Both the position numbers and the translations under genes were made by a program. Below the pieces are notes generated by a model. That model saw nothing but the letters and a program-made list of their open reading frames with translations. It did not search any database and was not told where the DNA came from. Shown here in pieces: positions 32,661-45,395 of a DNA stretch of 64,000 nucleotides. The DNA comes from Eledone cirrhosa (Eukaryota), in NCBI GenBank assembly GCA_964016885.1, contig OZ024740.1, positions 308,512,001 through 308,576,000 of the forward strand, written 5' to 3'. Position 1 is the first letter of the stretch, and every line of letters starts with the position of its first letter.

Positions 32661-32871
32661 GCCATATACTGTCCAGCCGAGGGTATTGAGTTTGACTTTT
32701 CCGTGTTTTTTTTTGTTTAGTTTTTTTTTTTGTTTTTTATTAATCTTACTTTTAATTGTATTTGTGCTAGTTGTTAAGTTCTGTAACTAAAAGTACACAT
32801 CATTTTCTTGGGCGTCAAAGAAGTTTGTTTTATTAATTAAGGATATAATTTACAACCGGAGCCAGTAAACC

Positions 32872-33385
32872 TGACCAGACGGAATTCCCCTCTTCCCATT
32901 TGAAGGAGGTAAATCCCTCATCAGGGACGCCACATGCTGTGACATGTTCTCCGTCTCCAACTTAGTTACCTCGGCCGTCACAAATCCCGGTACCGCGGTT
33001 CGCAATGCAAAGGACAGGAAGACAAGCAAATACCGGAGCTTGTCATGCCGCTCCTCTTTGCACCGATCGCCGTCGAGACCTTAGGTGTCCCTGGATACCG
33101 GACAGCTAACCTCCGTAAAATCGATTCGATAGCAGCCCGTCTGAGAAGGGAACCTTGTGAGATGGGGCGGCTGTTGCAGCGGGTGTCGCTGGCCATTGTC
33201 CGCGGAAATGCTTTTGCCATTTTGTCCGTGGGGTGCAGCCGAAACACCGCTCTGACCTAGGTGTAAAGTCTGACACCCTCCCCCTTTCTTTTCTCCTTTG
33301 CCTCGTAGTTCTTGTGTCCCCCCCCCCCCCCCTCCGTCACTTTCCTCTATTTATGGCATTTATAGTCCTTTCCAATACCGCTTTC
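32872..33385 (+). pseudogene. CRE-like non-LTR retrotransposon fragment: restriction-like endonuclease domain plus 3' UTR
   Basis: PDGIPLFPFEGGKSLIRDATCCD...KTSKY...FAPIAVETLG...LLQRVSLAIVRGNAFAIL fits the PD..D-type RLE pattern of CRE-clade elements. Frameshifted. Confidence 0.8.
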
Positions 33386-34693
33386 TTTTTCTGTACGTTT
33401 AACCATTTACAAAAGCAAACGGACAATAACATAACTGATATCTTTTGAGTTGACCACTTCTCGACTACTTTTACAACAGACTTTCCTCCTCCCTTCTTTC
33501 TCCCAGTCGCTACCATATTGTTTCCCTCTCATACCGTTTGCCAATTGTCGCTCTTCGCTATTTCTTGTTTCTCTCTATCCTTTGTCTTTCTTTCCAGTTC
33601 CTTTCCTCCTAACGACCTCCCTTTCTCTCTTCTGTCTCATTTCCTTCTTTCACCCTCGTCTCTGTCTTTCTATCTAAACTACTTCTTTTTTTCTTCTCTT
33701 CAGTCTTAAAATACATTTGTCTGTGTGTATATTACGCTATAATATAACATCTTTGACAACAAGCCTTTACGCAAATATATCAAATTAGTTGCTAAATTCC
33801 CCTCAAATCACAGACAAAGGCGGGAGAGATTTAGTCCTAGATACAAATGTCTAAAAATAAAAATGGAATGTTTTAGATCTGCTGAATCAGGACTGACGCG
33901 AGTGTGGTAGCTACACCACTAATATTACTTTCGCCTTCGCCGCCAATATGACAGATGGAAGGGAAAAGAATTGCACCAGCACTGGGCTGGTACTTTCTTT
34001 ATCGATCCCGAATGGATGAAATGCAAAGTGGATCTCGGCACAGTGAGCTTTGAATTCAGAGCGCAAAGATGGAACACTTATCCAACGCTCTAACAGCTCT
34101 GCCAAATCAACCTGCTACTTCTACACTACTTATTATTATGACACCCTGACCCTCAGATATGGGGATCGTATGAGGCTACTACAAAACTATACATTATTTT
34201 GCTTCTTTCGTTGTTTGTAGTTTTTCCTTTTGAGTATATTTTTAATAGCGTGGATGTGAGAGTTATCAATCACACATCCACACTATTAAAACTATACTCA
34301 TCTACACTATTAAAACTGTTTATGACTAACTACATTGTCCAGCGTCTCTGTCACTTTTACATGTTATTTAAATGACATTTTACTGCTATTTCTAGCAGTT
34401 CGACAATCATGGGTTGTTGTTTTTTTAACTGTGTGAGTTGTAATGACTATGACATGTTTACGGCGTTGTTGAACTGTCCATCTTCACCAGTGTGAGTCCA
34501 GGCAGTAATGGAAAGTGATGTTTATACATCTAATAACAGTCCTGTTGGACAGAATGTCGACTGCGTCTGTTTTCTTTTGGCTTTCCTCCCCTCGTCTCAC
34601 TTCGCTCCTTTCCTACATCCCTTTCTTTCTCGCTTTGGTGTCATGTGACTCAGATGTCATTCGGAACACCTGTTTCGGATACTTTCCAACCCG

Positions 34694-34724
<31 letters not shown>

Positions 34725-34999
34725 TACATGCATACGTTTTTACTGTTCTTATTCTCTCTACATATTTATCTGCATATCTTCCTTTATTCATATTTGCCTT
34801 ACCTCTTTCTCCGTCTATCTTTCTATCTTATTTCCCTCCCACTGGATTTTTTTTGTATACCCTATCTTTGCATTTCGTCCACTACCACTTTTATTTTTCA
34901 TTTCTTCTTTTTCTCCCCCCCCCCCCCTTATTCCTGAGAGGGTCATGGGGGCAGGGTCCTGAAACACTCCTTCCAGCAGGTCCTGTCAGAAGCAATCAT

Positions 35000-35790
35000 C
35001 TCCAACTGATCTGGCTGGATCCCCAAGCGAGACCAGCCAAGCTCATGGATGTTATCCAACCATCTTGTTAGGGGTCTATCCATGGGTCTCCTCTAGGTTG
35101 GTTTTACCTGTAAAATCTTTCCCGAGACATTCTAACCACATGTCCATTGCATCGGAGCTGTGATCTCTCAATTCAGAGAATTAGTGGCTCTACCTGGAGT
35201 GACTCTCTGGTCACCAAGCTACGCACTCTATTGAGTAACATTAGTACAAAGACCCTTTGGCGGAACTCCATTTCGGCCGCTTGTATTCACGATTGTATTC
35301 TTTCAGTCATTACCCAAGATTCATGACCATAGGTAAGGGTTGGTATGAATACTGAATTGAAGATAATGAGTTTAGCTTTTACACCTGGTTACCGAATGCT
35401 GAAACTGGTGCATTGCTGCACTAGCTCCTGCAATTCTTGCAGTTAATTCAGCCTCCTGCCTTCCATCACTTCTAGCCTCGAGATACTTGAATTTCTCTAC
35501 CTGCTTCAGTAGAACTTCCATTCACATGTAAGGTGTACTGCACAGGCTTCCCTGCGAGGACAAGTGTCTCAGTTTTTGCAGCACTGATTTTCATTCCAGC
35601 CATGCAGCATCTAACTTATCAAGTGCAAGGCAAAGATCACTTTCTGTCAAGTTAAGTAACACCATGTCGTCTACAAATTCCAGCTGACTGATTTTACACC
35701 TGCCAGTCGTGATACCACTTCCAACCTGGCTCATCATGTCAATCCTGTTCATGAAAATAATGAACAGAAGAGGTGACTTTACTCGTGCTT
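35000..35790 (-). mobile_element. Decayed RTE-clade LINE fragment (RT C-terminal part)
   Basis: The minus strand shows SPLLFIIFMNRI, FVDDMVLL, GMKISAAKTE, QVEKFKYL and YGHESWVMTERI.SR.QAAEM-type remnants. Confidence 0.75.
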
Positions 35791-36539
35791 AATTTTATGT
35801 CGGATTCAAAAGAGTTGGAAGCCTCTGAAATATATTTATTTGTGCCTCTCATGGTAACCCTAGAATCCTGCGTTCTTGTCATGACAGTAATCAGAATTCC
35901 TGATGGTTAGAGAGCTAAGATGTGTGGGTTACTTTCAGACACTTTGGTTTTCACACTGTATAAGAAGGATTTTATTCTCATTGGTGGTTTATCTTCTCAC
36001 TCTCCAGTTTCCCCTAATTTTTAAGATTTTTAAAAGAATTTCAAGAAAGATAACACAATATTATGTTTCATAATAGTTTCAGATTAATTAAAACTGTTTT
36101 CGCTTTCATTTTCACTTAATCCTGTGTTCTTATTTAATATACATGAGTTAGTTATATGGTGTTTACACAATTGAATTACAAAGTATACTATTCATATTCA
36201 CCAAATAACTCACTGTATTAAATGTCAGAATGCTATAGATGCTTTGAAAAAAATGATAATTTTTTAAATGAATGCATACTTTTCAAAAATAATTCAAATG
36301 TTCTATTAAACTGGAAATGCTTTCATTAAGAAAGATTCTGGTACACTTATAGTTACTTTTCAAGCTGGGAAATGCTGTCTACTCTGTTAGTACAAGTGGT
36401 TGAACAAGTGTCACTTGTTAAAAGAAAAAAAATCACTCAGTATTACAAAAATAGAAATAAATATTTTATGGAAGTAGGCTGAATGACAGGAAACAGTCCA
36501 GTAATGTGCCAGCTTCAGCACTCAGTCTTCAGAAGAAGA

Positions 36540-36990
36540 GAGGTAGGTGTAAAAGCCAAACTCTCTAACTTCAATTGGTGACCGTGCCAACCCTTACCTG
36601 TGGTCCTGAATTTTGGCTAATAATTAAAAGAATAAGATAATGTTACCCAATAGGGTGCATAGCTCAGAGATTAGGGACCAGGGTGTCCAGCACCAGGTAG
36701 AGTTGCTACTTCTACAATTTGATAAATCACAACTCCAGTACTACAGACATATGGTTAGAATGTCTAAAGAAAGATTACTGAATAGATTTTAGGGGCAAAG
36801 CCAATGGGCAAGAGACCCAGAAGTGGACCACGAGTAAGATAGTTGGATAATATCCATAAGCTCGGTTGGCTTTGCTTGGGGATCTAGCCAAATCAGTTGG
36901 AAAAAATGGCTGCTTCAGTTAGAACCTTCTAGAAGGTGTGTCTGAGAAGTCTACCCCCCACAACCTTCCCAGAAACAAGTGGGCAAATAG
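36540..36990 (+). mobile_element. Decayed RTE LINE C-terminal fragment
   Basis: Remnants such as PTLTCGPEFW, LQYYRHMVRM and GKRPRSGPRVR. Confidence 0.55.
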
Positions 36991-37187
36991 GAAAATATTT
37001 ACTATATAGAACCACCATCAAAACATCTTACTTGGAGTTTCAGACATATAAAGTCAATGTACTCAATACAAGCTGGTGTCATGGTCAAGCTTTTACTTTC
37101 CTCTATACCCACTCTGATTTTTGCCATGCTTAGAGTACATAGAGTACTCTCCTGATTTGTGGTCTCCCTGGCTCAGGACCACAGACT

Positions 37188-37218
<31 letters not shown>

Positions 37219-38624
37219 GGTCTGACTTCCCCCATAATGGGATCACTCAACTCCTAAATTATGATTTTGGTGTGAGCAAGGTATGGTGCAATCAACTGGC
37301 CAGACCCTCCTCATAACGGTGTCACTCAGTTCCACACTGTAAATGTGGTTGGTGTTAGGAAGGGCATCCATCTGTAAAAGTCCCAGCCAAAATATAGTTC
37401 TGTCTGTGCAAGGTATGGCACAGCCAACTGGCCAGACTTGTCTCATGACATGGAAAAAATAAACATTAAATGGTGATGATGATGATACATATATATGTTT
37501 CTGAGTGGTGTTAGTGGGTAACCATAGTTAAAAGAGGTGCTCAGTTCATTGGTAGAGTATAGGCATCTTTATTATTATATATATGTGTGTAGTAACTGTA
37601 CACACCTCCCTTTGTCCTCGGAGAAGTATGCAACTAATGGCTTTATAAGCTCACCAATTATGAACAAAGTGAAAATTCCAGTTTGCACAATATTAGTGTT
37701 TACACCTGTAGCTAATTCAATTAGAAGCTAAATTGTGCACTAAGCAGCTGAGATATAGGATAGATTCATATCTGTACTGAAACAGTAGAATATTTAACTA
37801 AAGCTGTGTAAATAAATACACTGACAAATGTAAATAGGTGACTTTTTTTATATATATTTCTCCATGGACAGAAAAAGAGTGAACAATCTGACTCAAACTG
37901 TTCAGACACGCACGCACATACACACACACATCATCATCATCACCGTTTTACATCTATTTTTCCATCCTAGCATGGGTTAGACGAGCTGTCCTGTTGTGTG
38001 CAATGACAGGTCAGGTGACCATGTCTTGCATATACAGATCTGATTTTGGCTTTGTTTCTATAGCTGGATGCCTTTCCTATTACCAACCTCATTTAGAGTG
38101 AGTATGTGTGCATAGTCGCTGCAGATAATAATAGCTTTCGTTTTATTATATAGAAGCTACGTAATATGATAGCTGCATCTTGATAATCTCTATCTTCCCA
38201 ATCGAGTGGCTAATAAGGTCCAGTTAGTAATGTCATTGGTGAGTGATACTTTGAAATTCTTATAACATAAATAATATCTCATTTCCATCCATTATATATG
38301 AAAGTAGAGGCATATTTACAAAAAAGCAACTTGTTTTATTAGCTAGATTTTATATCTATATTTAAAAAGTAGTTAAATGTGTAATTCTTTTGGTAATCAA
38401 TTGCTATACTTGATTATGAAGCCAAGATATTTACAGTTCTATAGCAAATTCTTTTGAAAAACATGGTATTCTATTTTTAAATCTGTTAGGTTATGCGAGG
38501 GACAATACAAGTATAATGATGGACTCAATAAGAATTCAGTTTTCTGAAGCAGAAAGTACCATATTTTTTTGTTCAAGACTCCATATTCCATCCAATACAT
38601 TTATGGGAAGACTATGAGTGTATA

Positions 38625-38890
38625 GGCATGTGGCCTAATGGTAAGGGTGTTGGATTTATGATTATAATGGGTTTGATTTCTGGGCTGGGTTGTGTGTTCT
38701 TAAGCAAAACACTACATTTCACATTGCTCCAGTATACTCAACTGAAAAGGGGTACCAGCAATAGCTAGGGATTTAACTCTGTAATGGACTGGCATCCTGT
38801 CCAGGGTGGAGTCTTCTTGTACTCTGTCGCTTTATGCCACAAAATCAGGATAAGCACTGACTTGATGAATCTCTGAGTTCAAGACAGACT
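38625..38890 (+). mobile_element. Old tRNA-derived SINE (CORE-like plus 'atggactggcatcctgtccaggg' domain)
   Basis: A-box tggcctaatggtaag, and a central domain resembling that of 52604-52943. Confidence 0.6.
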
Positions 38891-38983
38891 TAAGACTTCT
38901 GACTATTTAGATGTCATTTTTTTTTTAGATATTTTTACAATTTTTTAGAATGCTGTAATTTTATATGAGTGCTTTTTAAAAGA

Positions 38984-39017
<34 letters not shown>

Positions 39018-39129
39018 TTTAGTGTTACCTTACTTAGCTGGGAACAATATTTTACTTTTAAATTGTTTACTAAAAGAAATAGTCTTATTCTAGCTCCTTT
39101 GCTCTCAGAACAACATCCTCCTCTGCAAA

Positions 39130-39400
39130 TTAGATCAACCAAGTAATAGAAGCTATCAACTACTTCTATAGATCCTTCCTGAATTTTCAAAAAGCATATT
39201 TCACTGATGTGCCTATTACTAACTATCCCTGTGCATCTGCTACATATAAAGCCTACCTTTTTTGTTAGTCTGCTTGCTATCCTATTACACTTCTTGTGTA
39301 CATTGTATAGGGTTTCTTTCTATTACTTTTCTACATATTTAGCAAGGCCAGTTCCCTGAAGGGATTGGGAGGGGGGGGGGGTGTCTCCTTTCCTACTCAC
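39130..39400 (-). mobile_element. Decayed RTE fragment including the Cys-rich finger
   Basis: EGSIEVVDSFYYL.DLICRGG.CSES and PSGNWPC..CRK, homologous to 54420-54730. Confidence 0.7.
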
Positions 39401-41117
39401 CTTTTTTCTTTGCAGTTTCTCTCCCAGTCTCAGTAATTCTCAGTAATTCCTTAATTTTGGTGATGAAGTTACTGAAAACCTCAATAGTAAGAATTCTTTA
39501 TATTATCATTGGGGGTCATGAGGCTCATTCCAGATGTGTTATTGAGCTAACACCTGCAGCTCTTCAACAGATACAGTTTTACTGTAAGACTATATTTGAT
39601 TATATTTATTGACTTCTCCAATTCTTCCACAATGACATTCTCTCTTCATTGGTTAGCTCAACAATGATTTGATGACTGCTGGTAATATTTTGTCAGTAAA
39701 TTCCAGCAAGTCATTACAAGTATATTACCATAGCTTCTCCCAAACTCTTCTCAGGCAGTCCTTGGGTTACTTTATAACAGGTTGCTTTGATATTATCAAT
39801 GTTCACCATGATATGGTAGTTTGCCACAGATCCCTGCTAAATTGTTTATCTTGGTGATTTGTTTCTTCAACAAATTGTATGAAAGAGTGAAGGTAGTAGA
39901 CTTTGACATTGGAGTAAGGAAGTGTTGTTTAGTGTTAAGTAAATTACTTGAACAGAAATACATGCCTGAAGTGTGTCAATATTCTAGGTGTGGTCTGGAG
40001 TATTATCATCGCCAACAATGTTGTGTTCTTCATAATATTTTTTCAGGAATGGACAAGTGTATTGAAAAAAAAAAAAGAAAAAAAAAAAAAAATTTATAAC
40101 AGTACATTGTTTATCATATTACACTATTGTTATGGTTACAAAGATACCATTATATGAACATTGCCTCTTTGATAATTTTACAAACAAAACTTGGTTGATT
40201 TTGAAATCACAAGCAGACACATTTAACTTGAGAAATTTTCACCATGTGGTGTAAATGGCCTGTTTCTACTTTGAAACAAGAAGTGATTTTATTTCCTCCT
40301 TTAGGGATAAAAGTGTGGGATGGCATCATTTTTCAGAATAGACTTGTTTCATCTTCCCTGAGGAGGGTAGCTACCACTCTTAATAATAGTCTTAAGAACC
40401 CATGGACATTTCTTAGCTTCCTGGATGTCTGTACTTGCAGTTTCACTAGACAGTGATGTAAGAATGGTGTCATTGTTTGGATTTTTTAAACCAGCATCTG
40501 CTTGTTGAGAATGCTTCTTAATTATTCTTCTTGTAAATGCCTTAGGATGCTCCTTAGGTTAACTTTGTGGCATGTTGTGTTGCATTTTGTTGTCTGCCTA
40601 TATAGTAATTAAACTGTTCATTTTCCCCAAAAAATTTCGTCCATGGGTGAACACCCTTTTTTTACTGATAACAATGGGGGTTGTCATGACACTTATATTA
40701 TGTCTGCACTTTTTTTTTTTTGTTGATGTGGCTGAGATTTAAGACCACATACGCTTGACATTTGTCACCTTCCAATCCGCTAAACACTTGGAGTTTTACA
40801 ATCAGTGTGATGGTTTTACATCCATCCATTTATATATTAGGTATTAATTTAACAATGAAAATAATAACAAAGAAGTCGAGTTATTTTAATAGGCAAAATA
40901 ACTCGACTTTGTTGTTATATTTTCATTGTTAAATTAATATCTAACATCTGACTCTGTATCTAAGGAATTAACTCAGCGGAACACGGAAACTTTCTATGGA
41001 TTTCATTAGATTACTCGCGATCAGATTACATTGAGTCCTATCTACGGTTTGGACCCTACCACTAAGGGTAGACCACATTGAAACACTTTGTTCCATATAT
41101 ATATATATAGTTGTGTT

Positions 41118-41168
<51 letters not shown>

Positions 41169-41317
41169 ATAATATAATAAGGCAAAGAAAGCCAAGATGA
41201 AAAATTAAGTCACTTTATTTTCTTAAAATGTTTCTACAAAGACAAATAAAATAAAATAAAAAAACAAAGTAAAATTAAAGCCTTGTTGGAGCTCCATCGT
41301 TCATATATATCATATAT

Positions 41318-42235
41318 CATCATCATCATCACCATTTAACGTCTATTTTTCCACACTAGCATGGGTTAAACGAGTTGTCCTGTTGTGTGCAATCCAAGGT
41401 CAAGTGACCATGTCTTGCTCATACAGAACTGATTTTGATTTGGTTTCTACAGCTGGATGCCCTTCCTAATGCCAACTACATTTACAGTGAGTACTGGGTG
41501 CTTTTTGCCATGTCGCCATCATGACCACTTTACTGTGTGGGCTGGGCGCTTTTTGTTGTGTCACCATCATGACCACTTTACTGTGTGGGCTGGAGGCTTC
41601 ACTGGATGTATACTTCAGCTTGTCCTCATGGGAAATGTATGGGAGTGGGTGCGATGGGCTGATGCATACTATATATATATATATACTTCAGTTTCGGTTT
41701 GTGCCCGTGGGAAGGCAGGTCTTCTTTTATCACCTCATCCCAAGTCTTCCTGGATCTCCCCACTCCACGGCTTCCATTGACTTTGAGCGCTCTGCACTTT
41801 TTTAGGCAGCTGTCATCCTTCATACGCATTACATGTTCATACCAATACAATTTCCTCTCCTACACACTGCATCTGATTCCTCTTATGCCTAGCTTCTCTC
41901 TTAGTTCATTTATGTTTTGCCATTCACGTATATTACTATTACACATCCATCGGAGCATGCAAGCTTCATTTCTTTCCAATCTACGCAAGTCTTCTACACA
42001 CAGCACCTACGTCTCACTACTATGCAGCATTGCTGTTTGTATGCATGCATCATACAGTCTGCCTTTCATTTTGAGGGAAAAGCCCTTTGTAGCTAGCAGT
42101 AATAGTAGCTCCCTGAACTTCTTCCATCCTATTCTCACTCTGGCTTCTGTACCTTCAGAACACCCACCTCCGCTGCTAATTTGGTCAACCAGGTAGCAGA
42201 AGCTGTCTACTGCTTCTACCGAGCCTTCCTGGAAT
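41318..42235 (-). mobile_element. 5'-truncated RTE LINE copy (C-terminus plus 3' UTR with (GAT)n tail)
   Basis: Minus-strand peptide YWYEHVMRMKDDSCLKKCRALKVNGSRGVGRSRKTWDEVI is homologous to 54620-55140. The 3' UTR contains ttaggaagggcatccagctgtagaaa. Confidence 0.85.
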
Positions 42236-42680
42236 TGTATTTATATATCACAATTTGAACATTAAATCAAGGGATTTATAATTAATTTTGTTTGTAAAAT
42301 TATCAAAGAGGCAATGTTCATATAATGGTATCTTTGTAACCATAACAATAGTGTAATATGATAAACAATGTACTGTTATAAATAAACTGTTTTCTATGAA
42401 TACATACATCTACCTAAACATATTTACATACATACATAAACCCATACATACATATATACATACATATTATTCATTAAACAGAGTATGTATGTGTGATCTT
42501 GAAAATTCTTCAAGATAGCAGCATTCTATCTTCAGTTATGCATGAAAAACATAAGGCTTCATCATTGGAATTTAAACTAACGACTTTAACAAAAGTTGTG
42601 TGTGTGTGTGTGTGTGTGTGTTTGCCAGGATGTAAAATGATGACGATGGTGATGATGATATATATATATATATATATATA

Positions 42681-42873
42681 ACGAAGGAAATGTGGTAAGG
42701 AACCAAGTGGACCATAACGCACCAAAGTACTCAATACTTAGGGTAGTAGAGTATGTAATAGGAACAAATAAGACCCCGACGGCTGAGCTCAAGCCGTTTC
42801 GACGGCTAATTCAGTCCAGAATTAGCCGTCGAAATGGCTTGAGCTCAGCCGTCGGGGTCTTATTTGTTCCTAT
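42681..42873 (+). mobile_element. Family B-related palindromic element with hammerhead 3' half
   Basis: GTACTCAATAC at 42727-42737. Arms of about 55 bp (42758-42812 and 42819-42873) with one mismatch. Flanked by (TA)n on both sides. Confidence 0.8.
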
Positions 42874-43421
42874 ATATGTATATATATGTGTGTGTGTGTT
42901 TTGTGTGTATACATATGTGTGTATCATATGATCTGGTCTGGTAGTTGAGAACAATCTGATTGTAGGATATCCTTAGTAACCAGGTGAATTTGACAATTAT
43001 AAGGTGAGAGAAAAGTGTTATGATGCATTAGAAGAGAATGTAAATATACATTGTTACATAAAGAGCTACTGAATAATAATAGATCAAAGAGTATTATTCA
43101 GTAACAGATCTAGGCTATGTGAGTGCAAACAAACTCACACATACACACACATGCATAGATAATGTATAAATATTTGTTCATTATACAATATACATGCATG
43201 GACACAAATTACACAGAAGAGACAGGCACAGACACATACAGGGAAATAAATATAGACATGTTATGCATAACATGTTTATATATATTTGCCTGTTACACAC
43301 ATACATAGACAAACATCAAAACTAGGTTGACATGTTACTTACAGTTGATGGTTGAAGAAGCTAACATTGTTTTCTATTTGTCCAAGTTTCCTGTGTGTTT
43401 TTGTCGCCATTGTGTTTATTT

Positions 43422-43489
<68 letters not shown>

Positions 43490-43795
43490 TGTGATTCCCA
43501 CATTTTCAAAGTTTCAAATCATCCAGAGCTTCCATAGGGATGTTTCATGCTGTGGCAACTTCTCTAGTGGCAAGGCTGAAGGTGGCAAACTGGTCAAATA
43601 TCAGCCGTTTTCTGGTACGTTTGTGGTAAAGCCTATAGCTGTGGAGTCTTCTGGCATTCTTGGTTCCGGACCACATCCCTACTCACTGCTATCAGAGCTA
43701 CCTACAGGTGCAAGCCCCAGAAGTGGAGTGGCTGTTCCAGTGCGTCTCCCTCGCCACCCTCTGGGGCAATGTATTTTCCATCCTGTCGGCGATGA
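43490..43795 (+). mobile_element. Decayed CRE-like RLE fragment
   Basis: FVVKPIAVESSGILG and EVEWLFQCVSLATLWGNVFSILS, adjacent to (TA)n. Confidence 0.65.
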
Positions 43796-44287
43796 CCAAG
43801 AGGTTGTGGGTAAGATAGTTGTTGGTAGAGGATACTTGTTCAGATGTCACACACATAAACACATACACAAAATAGATAAAAAGAAAGGAACAATTTTTGC
43901 AATATCTAATTATTAAAGAACCTAAACCTACACAACTCGGTTAGATGTCAAGGTTAGACATTAAAAGAACACATTTGTTTACATCGGGCTGTAGGCTGCA
44001 AGTTGTTCAGTGTAGCTGCCTAAATTTGACATAATTTGTTGTCAGTCACCCCTTAGCTTAATAGTAAAAGGACTTGACTGGAATTTGACATATACAGTTT
44101 GATTTTTCGTAGCAGCTGCTGATCCCTTTATTTTCCAGCTCTAGGATATTTTACCCAATTTTCTAAGCTATTATTTATAACGATCAACTGCTGTTACAGT
44201 AATTTTCCTCATTTGGGTTTACCACATTTTCAAAATGTTTTCTATGACTGGATACCCTTCCTATATATATATATATATATATATATA

Positions 44288-44625
44288 TCATCATCATCAT
44301 CATCATCATTTTACGTCCGCTTTTTCCCTGCTTGCAAGGGTGGGACGGGAACTGATTCTAGCTTGATTTCTACAGCTGGATGCCCTTCCTAACACCAACC
44401 TCATTTACAGTGAGTGCTGGGTGTTTTTTTGCCGTGGCACCCCCACGACCACTTTGCAGTGGAATGATAGGGACCCCAGTCTCTATCATCTCATTTCTAC
44501 AGCTGAGTAAACAGGAGCAATGTGAAATAAAGTGTCTTGCTCAAGGAAACAACACATCACCCGGTCTGAGAATTGAACTCACAACCTTTCGATTGCAAGG
44601 CCAATGCTCTAAGCCATGTGCCGCC
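44288..44625 (-). mobile_element. tRNA-CORE-like SINE with RTE-derived tail
   Basis: Near-identical to 49746-50089 and to the reverse complement of 52604-52943. Confidence 0.88.
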
Positions 44626-44849
44626 ATATATATATTGGTAAACGGAAAAGAAAATGCTGACAAATTGTTCCCAGTGAAAAATAGTTTAATTAGGAATAAG
44701 TAAAAATTAGTAATAGTATTGGTTAGTATTCAGTTTTGGTTTTAAGTTTTACCGGTTGCGCATTTCTAATGCTTTTCAAAAATAATTTTGAGATAGAGCG
44801 CCCGTGATGTTTGCTCTAATCTGAACATATATATATACATATACATTCA

Positions 44850-45000
44850 TTCATTCATTCATTTTATTAAGGCTAAATATTGAGTTTTGTTGCTCTGGAG
44901 TTTTGCCTGTTTATCACAGGGTCATCAGACAAAATCTTGTTGCTTTTAAAATTCTACTACGGTATTGAGTACTCTTTTCTCTCAGCTGTCAACCACATAC
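44850..45000 (-). mobile_element. Family A ~150-bp element: GTACTCAATAC, hammerhead, AATAAA
   Basis: Motif at 44962-44972, hammerhead at 44885-44934, then ccttAATAAAatgaatgaat. Confidence 0.78.
44885..44934 (-). ncRNA. Type-I hammerhead ribozyme motif (this copy mutated)
   Basis: TTTTGT-CTGATGA-cCCTG(tgataaa)CAGGc-aAAA-CTCcAGAG-cA-ACAAAA gives a 6-bp stem I and the canonical CUGAUGA. Sister copies supply GAAA, CTCTAGAG and TA. Confidence 0.75.
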
Positions 45001-45009
45001 AGATATATA

Positions 45010-45395
45010 TATATTATAAAGAGTTGGGACCCGAGGGCAAGAGCTTAGCCATCAGGTCCTGACTCCTTATAATAAAACCATACTCTACTACCCCAAGTAT
45101 CAAGTACTTGGATGATATATATAATGAAATTATTGTGTACAGTGCTCAGGTGCACTACAACTCATCAAAGGTGCATGTATAGTACATAGAATAATGTACA
45201 AATGTCAGGAAAATGAACAGTGTATGAGTCATGATATAATAATAATAATAATAATGAAATATTGTGTACAGTGCCCAGGTGCACCACAACTCGTCAAAAA
45301 GTGCATGTACAGTACATAGGGCAATGCACAAACATCAGGAAAATGAACAGTGCACAAGTCATGGTCTAACCAGTTTTAAACTCATTCTATCCTGA
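45010..45395 (-). mobile_element. Family B element interrupted by two tandem ~115-bp units
   Basis: 45010-45108 and 45360-45395 match the reverse complement of 13481-13623. Units at about 45121-45233 and 45251-45363 carry (ATT)n tails on the minus strand. Confidence 0.7.
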
